Source: a virus (lineage: Duplodnaviria; Caudoviricetes). From it: a DNA stretch of 64,000 nt. Below the pieces are notes generated by a model, which saw nothing but the letters and a program-made list of their open reading frames with translations, was not told where the DNA came from and did not search any database. The translations under genes were made by a program, and so were the position numbers. Location: the IMG/VR virus record IMGVR_UViG_3300042291_000844, positions 160,001 through 224,000 of that record, one strand, 5' to 3'. This document shows positions 56,667 to 64,000 of this stretch, in pieces (the first letter of the stretch is position 1; every line of letters starts with the position of its first letter).

Positions 56667-57448
56667 AACTTATTCTCTCTTTTTATTTTATATCCTTTTA
56701 TGTGATATGCTTTATCATGTGATTCACACACAATATAATTACCATCAAAAAATTCATGTACTGCTTTAACAACACCAACGTGAATTTTAGTATCGCCAAA
56801 AAGATAAGTATCATTTTTTAACATTTCTTCAGTTGTATTTTTCATATCATATTGTTCATACGAATCCATACCCCCACTAAAATCATCAAAAATCATTATA
56901 CCACCATCTTTTAATTTATTATATCCGTTTTCTACATCAGATTTAACAATATCATACTCGTGACCACCGTCAATGAATACAATATCATAATAATTGTTTT
57001 CAACATTATGAATTTGTTCTCTTGAATCTCCTTCAAATACTGTAATGATATCATCTACTTTGAATTTTCTTGCTTCTGACCATAGATGTGCTTTCCATGT
57101 TTCTGGGTTACTCTCATCGTATGCCCATTCTTCTTCAATATCGACGGTGAGATTACCTTTAAACCAATCAATGATATGAAGTTCTCCATTAATCATTGGT
57201 AATTTTAATATCTTTGCATTCTCAACTGCATCCCATCCTTGAGCACATCCAATTTGTAATACTCTTGGTTTGTTGTATGTATTATTATCATCTACTCCCC
57301 AAAATTTAGCAACTAAATGGGTATAGATAAACGCAGAAATCCACGGAAGTGGTAAGTTCCAATCATTAGGATGAAAGGTTTTTCGTTCATTTGCAGTAAC
57401 AAAATACTCACTCATATCTAATGGTGGTATTGTTTTAAATCTTGACAT
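56663..57448 (-). CDS. Class I SAM methyltransferase (Methyltransf_24-like)
   Basis: QIGCAQG, EGDS, FIDGGHEYD, LKDGGIMIFDD. Confidence 0.85.
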   Translation of the reverse strand: MSRFKTIPPLDMSEYFVTANERKTFHPNDWNLPLPWISAFIYTHLVAKFWGVDDNNTYNKPRVLQIGCAQGWDAVENAKILKLPMINGELHIIDWFKGNLTVDIEEEWAYDESNPETWKAHLWSEARKFKVDDIITVFEGDSREQIHNVENNYYDIVFIDGGHEYDIVKSDVENGYNKLKDGGIMIFDDFSGGMDSYEQYDMKNTTEEMLKNDTYLFGDTKIHVGVVKAVHEFFDGNYIVCESHDKAYHIKGYKIKRENKL

Positions 57449-57464
57449 AACTTATTTTATTTAT

Positions 57465-58313
57465 CTATGATAGTAGCGAATAATATTCTTTAAAGTGTTT
57501 TATTCTGTCTGGTAATCCAATTGTACCACCATTTACTCTTTTAGTAATTTTTGTTACTACTGCATCACTAGCTCCTTCATCTGCAATCTTATGTAATCCA
57601 TTTTTAGAAAAGAACCATGCTGCTGATGCAAGTGCATATTGTGATGCAACTAACTCTGGATTAGCACACACATCTACTCCGATTGATTTACCAAATGCAG
57701 TATAGTTTTCTTTTCCTGTTAATTGAATGTATCCTCTACCACAAAACTTTGCACCTTCACCACTTGCTTCCGTTCCATTACCCATTCTATTTGAGTAAAC
57801 TTTGTTTGCAATCTTTGCAGGTTGTCTTTCGTATGCTTTAGCTAGGGCTTCAGTTGGGAAATACTTTTTGAATATACCCATTAATCCCTTTGCAGAATAG
57901 TTTAGATTTTCTTTTGTTAAACGGAATCCACCGCTCTCATGTCCACATTGTGCAAGAAAGTGTGCTACTCTTAATGGAGTATTAATACTAAACTTAGTTG
58001 CCACTTCTGGAATTGAATCAATTACTGATTGAGGAACGTGTCCTTTAAGTTTATCTAATTTCAATCCACTTGTAGATGGAGTTGATATCGGAGTTGATAC
58101 TACTGGTTTTGGTGTTACTTCAACACTCTCACCCATAATCATTTTCCATGTCTTATCACCAACTATACCATCGGGTGTCAATCCATTTTTTGTTTGAAAT
58201 GCTTTTACTGCCTCTTCGGTTTTAGGACCAAAATTGGTAACTGCTGGAGATATCCCCAACTTTTCTTGCATTAATTTTACATTTTCGTTATTGTCACCTT
58301 TTTTTAATAACAT
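57465..58313 (-). CDS. Endolysin: PG-binding domain plus GH19 muramidase
   Basis: FGPKTEEAVKAFQ..NGL.PDGIVG; HFLAQCGHES, GRGYIQLTG, TKRVNGG..GL.DR. Confidence 0.95.
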   Translation of the reverse strand: MLLKKGDNNENVKLMQEKLGISPAVTNFGPKTEEAVKAFQTKNGLTPDGIVGDKTWKMIMGESVEVTPKPVVSTPISTPSTSGLKLDKLKGHVPQSVIDSIPEVATKFSINTPLRVAHFLAQCGHESGGFRLTKENLNYSAKGLMGIFKKYFPTEALAKAYERQPAKIANKVYSNRMGNGTEASGEGAKFCGRGYIQLTGKENYTAFGKSIGVDVCANPELVASQYALASAAWFFSKNGLHKIADEGASDAVVTKITKRVNGGTIGLPDRIKHFKEYYSLLS

Positions 58314-58329
58314 ACATATCTCCTATTCT

Positions 58330-58845
58330 TTAATCTAAGTTTGATTTTAATTTACTACTAATTCTACCTAATTCCATTTTATCAATACCCAATCCATCAA
58401 TTATTTTTGCCAATAATTTAATTTTTTGATTATAAGATAATTCTTTACCATTCATTAATTCTAATGCTTTCTCAAATTTTATTTTGATTGCTGCCGGAAT
58501 TACTGCTGTGTTTATTTCATCAGCACCTTCCATAATTTTTTTTAGTTTCATAATTTTACTTTCTCCATATTGTTCATCTTCATCATCTAACCCCATAGCA
58601 ACAGCTGCAGGTTGTACATGATGGTTTGGTAACATTAAACCATATTCGGTTTTTAATTTATTAAGAATTTCTTTTTTAATATGATTTGGTAACCCTTTAT
58701 GCGATGTGGATGCAAAATCCTTGGCATCTTTATCAGTCATATCCTTTGCCACCTTTGCAACTTCTGGACTTGCAGGTTTCTCGCCTTTTTGTGTAGCGTG
58801 AACCATACCCATAAATCGTTGTTGTGCTTTAGATACTGATGGCAT
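58330..58845 (-). CDS. DUF3008-like protein with C-terminal extension
   Basis: MPSVSKAQQRFMG..QKGE...DFAST.HKGLP. Confidence 0.65.
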   Translation of the reverse strand: MPSVSKAQQRFMGMVHATQKGEKPASPEVAKVAKDMTDKDAKDFASTSHKGLPNHIKKEILNKLKTEYGLMLPNHHVQPAAVAMGLDDEDEQYGESKIMKLKKIMEGADEINTAVIPAAIKIKFEKALELMNGKELSYNQKIKLLAKIIDGLGIDKMELGRISSKLKSNLD

Positions 58846-58877
58846 ATTTCTTCCTTATTTAGTATAAATATAGAATT

Positions 58878-59405
58878 TTAATGTTTTATATGTTGAACTC
58901 TCCACTTAACGTTCTTAGTTCTCAACATTTGTTTTGCTGCTGATACATTTTTCTCCGAATCATCTACAAAGTAAATATCATCATAACCTTCATTATCAAT
59001 CATATTTTCAATCCAATCTGCTTTATCTTTTGGATTATTAGATGCAAGTGCAACCACATAAATTTTTTTAGAATTTATACCTATATCACTTAAATATTTT
59101 TTGATTGGTTGGTATGATGCTCGTGCTGTAAGGATATACACCACCTCTTTACTTTTTTGAACGATACCTCTAAGGATTTTAGTTATCTTTTGTATCTCTT
59201 GTGGTTCTTTTACCTGTTCAAAATCTTTAAAATCATAAACATCGCCAGGTTTTTCAGTATACACTGCATATTGGCCGGGTGTCAGTTTACTCTTCATTCC
59301 ATTATTATGGGTGACGTAGATATAAGAGTTTGTTTTGACAAGAGTATCATCAAAATCAAATATTCGTAAATTTTTACTTTCAGTAAATAAATTTCTTGAA
59401 ATCAT
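58878..59405 (-). CDS. HAD-family phosphatase
   Basis: IFDFDDTL, ILTAR, FVDDS. Confidence 0.8.
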   Translation of the reverse strand: MISRNLFTESKNLRIFDFDDTLVKTNSYIYVTHNNGMKSKLTPGQYAVYTEKPGDVYDFKDFEQVKEPQEIQKITKILRGIVQKSKEVVYILTARASYQPIKKYLSDIGINSKKIYVVALASNNPKDKADWIENMIDNEGYDDIYFVDDSEKNVSAAKQMLRTKNVKWRVQHIKH

Positions 59406-59440
59406 AGATGTATATAAATATTACTAACCTTTTTAATGAG

Positions 59441-59472
59441 TAAAGATACGAAAAAAAGCTTAGATTTCCAAA
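59441..59472 (-). promoter_or_regulatory. Bacteroidota sigma70-type promoter
   Basis: TTTG-N20-TATCTTTA. Confidence 0.7.
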
Positions 59473-59482
59473 TTTATTTATA

Positions 59483-60103
59483 CTAACTATTTAAGAAATT
59501 GGATAAGAAACCAGATAAACGATTAGCCCTTTCCATAAAGAACCCCTTCTCTTCGTTTGTAAGTTTTTTTGGTTTGATATAATCAATTCCAACTATACCA
59601 ATACATGCTTCAGTTTTTATATCAAAAAGTGCTATACAATAAGCTGCTTTTGTACCACCTACTTCTGCTCCTGGTTTTAATCCGAATGTTGCTATGGTTG
59701 GGTCCTCAAAATTAGGAATAAAAATATAACCAGTTTTAAGTATTTCATCAATTGATTTTGCAAATAGAGAAAGGGGTATATTTGTAAATGTATGTGCTAT
59801 TTTAGCAACTCCTGGTCTTTCTACTTCATGTACTATTGAAAATTTTTGAATAGATTTATTGGTATGTAGATAGTTCCCTCCATTATGAAACATTGATATC
59901 CAAACTCTATCACCTTTAAGTTCTTCTCTGATGTTTTCGATTTCCTCTTCAATAACAAGTCCTTGTTGACATCCTTTTTTAATAGGGTCTTCTTTGTCTT
60001 TCTTAGATAATTTAATCTTAACCCATTCTAATACGATTGGACCGATTACTGCTGTTATCAAAGCAATTATAATTGTAGCAAATATTTCCATTTGGTGTGA
60101 CAT
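59483..60103 (-). CDS. Single-TM protein with GAF-like domain (T4 holin T-like candidate)
   Basis: N-terminal TM; FHNGG, KFSIVHE, GIVGIDY alpha/beta pattern; near the endolysin. Confidence 0.5.
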   Translation of the reverse strand: MSHQMEIFATIIIALITAVIGPIVLEWVKIKLSKKDKEDPIKKGCQQGLVIEEEIENIREELKGDRVWISMFHNGGNYLHTNKSIQKFSIVHEVERPGVAKIAHTFTNIPLSLFAKSIDEILKTGYIFIPNFEDPTIATFGLKPGAEVGGTKAAYCIALFDIKTEACIGIVGIDYIKPKKLTNEEKGFFMERANRLSGFLSNFLNS

Positions 60104-60124
60104 TACTTTTGAACCTTTAATTTA

Positions 60125-60424
60125 TTATTGTTCCTTGTCAAACCCGTAGTTGGCTTGGTTGATGTAATTTTGGGATTTTGAGATATGGTCTTGTATCCAT
60201 GCGGCTACATTAAATTCACTATCACCCATTTTTTGTTTTAATTCTGTTGCAGACTTGATTATATCATCTAATTGTTTTTGTGCCATAGATACTTCATAAT
60301 CGGAATCCTCACCCTCTTTAAGAGGTTTAAATGCATTTGCGTAAGGATTACTATACACCTTACCCAACTCCACCTTACGACCGTTCCAGTCCATTCCAGT
60401 CATTATATTTTTTAAACTTATCAT
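60125..60424 (-). CDS. Putative internal virion protein
   Basis: MISLKNIM N-terminus; LKEGE..YEVSMA..QL...WIQDHI. Confidence 0.5.
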   Translation of the reverse strand: MISLKNIMTGMDWNGRKVELGKVYSNPYANAFKPLKEGEDSDYEVSMAQKQLDDIIKSATELKQKMGDSEFNVAAWIQDHISKSQNYINQANYGFDKEQ

Positions 60425-60428
60425 ATGA

Positions 60429-61778
60429 TTATCCTATATAGCAGTTTAATTCGTATTTGGTTTTCATTCCATATACTTGGATTTGTAGCATTTTTCGTTG
60501 AACCTTACCATCTTTAGATAATTCAATACTAAATCTATTAGTCTTACCTTCCGATGGTTTTTTTGGACCCATTCCTATTTTTGTGAATGAATCATCATCG
60601 TTAATAGTATATCCTTGCTTCTCTGCATATTCTTTAGCTGCGGTGATAGCTGAAGTATATGAGTTATGGTATACTTCATACTTTGCTTCGTTTATTTTTG
60701 ATTCACTAAAAGCTTTGATAATACCTTGTGCGTATTTATTATTAGCTTTACCTACAATAGCAGTCGAAATATCCATTCTATTACTCAATGTATGCGGGCC
60801 TTTCATTTTAAGAAATGCAAATAATTTTCTAGCATGAATATTATTATCATCAATAAACTTTTGAACCGCATCTCCTCTAAGACCTGTTAGTGCTGCAATT
60901 CCCATTGCTTCTACACTTGCAGCTTCGTTTACTGATTCGTTATTTATTTTTTTGATTCCCAATCCACTCTTTATTTTAGTAAGGGTTTGTAGAGCGTTTT
61001 TTAATCTTTGTTGGATTAGATTTTTTTGAGTTGATGATTTGGTTGAATTCATCTTATCTCTCAATGCTTTAATTCTATCATTAAGTTTTTGTATTCTATC
61101 ACCCTCTACTGATTCTTGTATGTTTAATTCGTCTTGATATTGTGTTATTTGATTATAATCTGAATCTAATAATTCCTCTTCAATATCACGTCTTGATGCT
61201 TTTGAATTTCTACATACTATAACTGCTACTTTCTTTTTTGTGAATGAACCACCTCTATCATACATTTTCATTATTTCTTTAAAATGTACATCGTTTCTAC
61301 TCATTTCATTTACTGATTCACCAAACTCACCTCTACCATCTTTTTCTGCTGCTCTCATTGCACTACTGCTATTTCTCATATCAGGAGATGCGTTTTTAAG
61401 ATATTTAATAACTTGAATTTGTTTTGCTAATAAATCTTTATATATTTTAGCGTATTCTTCTTTAGAAACTAAACCATTTTTTAATAAGAATAATACAAGT
61501 GCAGGTTGTTTACCCCTAGTCTTTACATCTGATTGGGTAGTACCAGTTAATTTAGCTAAATCATTTGCTACATATATTCTATGTCCTAATGTTTTACCTA
61601 CTAATTTTGTTATGGGTTCATTAACATAAGCCATTGCTAAATCCAAAATTTCGGTTGGTGTCATATTTTTATCGGTATATTGTTTTTTACCGAAATCATA
61701 TGTTGCTTCTGATATTGATTGGTGGAAATTTTCACGAATCAATTTTGCAATTACCTTTTTTAAATCATCCATTTTCAT
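60429..61778 (-). CDS. Putative multi-domain internal-head polyprotein
   Basis: Five (E/Q)S-x(1-3)-E junctions (SISE, ESVNE, ESVE, ESVNE, ESKINE); preceded by ATATTTAT. Confidence 0.5.
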   Translation of the reverse strand: MKMDDLKKVIAKLIRENFHQSISEATYDFGKKQYTDKNMTPTEILDLAMAYVNEPITKLVGKTLGHRIYVANDLAKLTGTTQSDVKTRGKQPALVLFLLKNGLVSKEEYAKIYKDLLAKQIQVIKYLKNASPDMRNSSSAMRAAEKDGRGEFGESVNEMSRNDVHFKEIMKMYDRGGSFTKKKVAVIVCRNSKASRRDIEEELLDSDYNQITQYQDELNIQESVEGDRIQKLNDRIKALRDKMNSTKSSTQKNLIQQRLKNALQTLTKIKSGLGIKKINNESVNEAASVEAMGIAALTGLRGDAVQKFIDDNNIHARKLFAFLKMKGPHTLSNRMDISTAIVGKANNKYAQGIIKAFSESKINEAKYEVYHNSYTSAITAAKEYAEKQGYTINDDDSFTKIGMGPKKPSEGKTNRFSIELSKDGKVQRKMLQIQVYGMKTKYELNCYIG

Positions 61779-61813
61779 ACTTCTATTATTTTAATATATC
61801 AATAAATATTGAA

Positions 61814-62461
61814 TTATTTTTTTAATCGGATTTTCCAATAAACTCCTGCACCAACATATGGTTTAAATTCACCATTTACTCCATCGATTGTTGAGTTTGT
61901 AACTCCTAAATTAACTTGATATATCTTATCTTTTTTAGTTTTTAATATTACTCCAGTACTAAGACCATTAATAAAATCAGCCTTATTAAATTGACCACCG
62001 AATCCAAAATAAAGTTGATTCTTAGGTAATTCTTTTACTATTGTAGTTTCTTTAATAACTCTTTGTTTAACATTTGCATTAAAAGTTCTGCCAAATATTT
62101 TGTTTTGTGAAATTGTATCAGTTACTGCAACTGTTCCTAATGAATCAGGTAATACTAATACATCTTTGTATAATACTTTTGTATAGTATTCTTTTAGGAT
62201 TGCGTTAGTATCTACGTTTGCAGGTACTCTAACCTCTTTTTCAACGATTGTCTCGTGGTAAATATCTTCACCTTTTTTAGTTACTACTTTTGTCTTAACT
62301 ACTTCAATTGTATCAATTTCATGTTTAATAAGTTCATACTTTTTACCATCTACTTTTACAATTTCACCCGTTCCTTTTTTGTTTCCACCACATTGTTGGA
62401 ATACAACAATTACAATTAATAATAATAATGCAATGTTTTTGATGTTTAATAATTTTTTCAT
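61814..62461 (-). CDS. Lipoprotein/membrane protein with C-terminal beta strands (spanin-like candidate)
   Basis: Hydrophobic signal ending FQQC; C-terminus YVGAGVYWKI. Confidence 0.45.
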   Translation of the reverse strand: MKKLLNIKNIALLLLIVIVVFQQCGGNKKGTGEIVKVDGKKYELIKHEIDTIEVVKTKVVTKKGEDIYHETIVEKEVRVPANVDTNAILKEYYTKVLYKDVLVLPDSLGTVAVTDTISQNKIFGRTFNANVKQRVIKETTIVKELPKNQLYFGFGGQFNKADFINGLSTGVILKTKKDKIYQVNLGVTNSTIDGVNGEFKPYVGAGVYWKIRLKK

Positions 62462-62491
62462 AAAATTTTGTTGTTTGTATTACTATAAGTA

Positions 62492-64000
62492 TTAGAATGT
62501 CATTTTAGAACCAATTTGGAAGTTATGTAATAAACTAAATTCGGGTACGAACGCTATGTTTGCTTTATATCCAAAGTTAAATCCAAATCTTTTACTAATT
62601 CTATAATCAATAGCAGTTCCTAATAATGCACCCGGTGTTCTACTTACAGCAGTTCCACCAGTCACTGTGTTATATGCAATGGGTGCTGACATTACAAACA
62701 CCTGTGGTGAAATTGTAAGTTTTTTTGAGTATTGATATGGTTTAGTCCAAAATACTACTACTGAGGTTGAAAGTGATGTATTATATTTCATTTCAGTACC
62801 TTGCATCATTAAGGTAATTACACCTAAGTTATATCCAAACGTACCTAATGTTGGGTGCGGTTTAATCCAAGTATATCCCAATAACCCCATCAACGTACCT
62901 TTAAGATATGCGGTGGTGAACGAGTAACTATTAAGTGCTTTTAATTTACCATCCTCAATTACCATTTTAGTAACTCCAGTTGATAGTGCGAATTGGTCAA
63001 ATGTAGACCATATCAACGCAGATGCTGAATAAGATTTATCACCCATTAAGGATGATTTAGATACTCCTACTGACATCATTGCTGCATACTCACCATCTGC
63101 ACTTTCAGTTCCTGCTAAATCAGATGATAGCATCATTGGATTTGTAACTGCAGCTTTTTTCTTTTCTTTCTTTTCCTCTTTCTTCTCTTCCTTTTTTTCT
63201 TCTTTCTTTTCCTCTTTGGACTCTTCCTTTTTTTCTTCTTTCTTTTCTTCCGATTTACTTTCCTCTTTCTTTTCCTCTTTACTTTCAGATTTAGTTTCCT
63301 CTTTCTTTTCCTCTGATTTAGTTTCGGTTTTCTTTTCTTCAGTTTTTGATTCGGTTTTAGCTTCAGTCTTACTTTCCGTTTTAGTTTCGGTCTTACTCTC
63401 CGTAGATGAAGATGATGAAGAACTACTCGATGAAGATGAAGATGAAGAACTACTACTTGATGATGAAGAACTACTTGCAGGTGGAGGTGTTGAACTACTA
63501 CTTGCAGGTGGAGGTGTTGATGCAGGTGGTGGAGTTGCTACCGATGAAGTTGCTGCTGTTGCAGATGAACTTGCTGCGGATGATGCGGATGATGATGCGG
63601 CACCACTCGCGGATGAACTTGCTGCTTTTGCTGCTGCTTCTGCTGCTGCTTTCGCTGCTGCATCGGATGCTGCTTTTGCTGCTGCATCTGCTGCTGCTTG
63701 TGCGGCGGCGGATGCTGCTGCGGCTGCTGCTTGTGCTGCAGCCTGACTTACTGCTTGTTGGACGGTTTGTTGAACTACTACATTAGTTGGACATCCTAAT
63801 GTGGAATATGCTAAATAGGTAGTTTGTAACCATGCATTTAATATACCACTTTGTACTTCTAAAGGAGTGAATGTTCGAACTTGATTATAAAATGAAACTA
63901 CTGCATTACCACCTACATAAGTGGTGGATGCAATTTTTATTTCACCAGTACATTTATCTATGAATGTTTGCGTGAATACTTGAGCATTTACTTTTTGTGC
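62492..64000 (-). CDS. Secreted/outer-membrane protein with Ala-, Pro/Ser- and Glu/Lys-rich linkers and a C-terminal beta-rich domain (5' end beyond the window)
   Basis: Frame is open from 64000 to 62492 (AQKVNAQVFTQTFIDKC...); the track only reported the part after the first Met. Confidence 0.8.
   Translation of the reverse strand, partial: AQKVNAQVFTQTFIDKCTGEIKIASTTYVGGNAVVSFYNQVRTFTPLEVQSGILNAWLQTTYLAYSTLGCPTNVVVQQTVQQAVSQAAAQAAAAAASAAAQAAADAAAKAASDAAAKAAAEAAAKAASSSASGAASSSASSAASSSATAATSSVATPPPASTPPPASSSSTPPPASSSSSSSSSSSSSSSSSSSSSSSSTESKTETKTESKTEAKTESKTEEKKTETKSEEKKEETKSESKEEKKEESKSEEKKEEKKEESKEEKKEEKKEEKKEEKKEKKKAAVTNPMMLSSDLAGTESADGEYAAMMSVGVSKSSLMGDKSYSASALIWSTFDQFALSTGVTKMVIEDGKLKALNSYSFTTAYLKGTLMGLLGYTWIKPHPTLGTFGYNLGVITLMMQGTEMKYNTSLSTSVVVFWTKPYQYSKKLTISPQVFVMSAPIAYNTVTGGTAVSRTPGALLGTAIDYRISKRFGFNFGYKANIAFVPEFSLLHNFQIGSKMTF

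Noticed and set aside
63216-63786. Two + strand ORFs (176 aa and 126 aa) rich in Ser/Asp/Ala or Leu/Met
   Set aside because: Antisense shadows of the repetitive codons of the real minus-strand gene 62492..>64000
1-64000. CRISPR array or mini-array
   Set aside because: The repeats found are dispersed promoter cassettes with gene-sized, irregular spacing; no regular repeat-spacer periodicity was seen
1-64000. Stop-codon recoding (alternative genetic code)
   Set aside because: Recognisable enzymes are full-length in code 11 and coding density is high without read-through
1-64000. Integrase, transposase or rRNA (prophage or cellular origin)
   Set aside because: No such genes seen; the uniform strand bias, small ORFs, tRNAs and endolysin fit a lytic phage

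Overview
AT-rich, gene-dense fragment that looks like a large lytic dsDNA phage infecting a Bacteroidota host. This is inferred from 21 TTTG-N20-TAnnTT(T/A)(G/A) promoters, a DUF4494 gene, a Bacteroidota-type ClpS, a Gln-start secreted protein, D-S-T glycosylation sequons and the absence of obvious SD sites. Nearly all genes lie on the minus strand. From left to right the window holds: a tRNA-Ser and an atypical tRNA-like element; small hypothetical genes driven by a repeated promoter cassette; an inverted three-gene island; an early-gene-like region (about 21-26 kb) with a stand-alone ncRNA candidate; a largely non-coding ori/terminus-like segment with DnaA boxes and palindromes; and two AT-rich modification islands. 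The islands carry 8 SGNH-like paralogs overall, sulfotransferase-like genes, a DegT aminotransferase, a 2OG oxygenase, an HldE-type kinase, an amidinotransferase, an APS kinase with a candidate minimal ATP sulfurylase, a methyltransferase and GT-like proteins. Also present are a tRNA minihelix, auxiliary genes (clpS, apt, mtnN-like, iscU, ferredoxin, thioesterase, PspC), a MoxR/vWA pair, a DNA methyltransferase and a lysis/late region. The late region has a GH19 endolysin, a holin candidate, probable capsid-targeted internal proteins and a secreted low-complexity beta-strand protein cut by the window edge. All family calls come from motifs recognised by eye; no searches were run.
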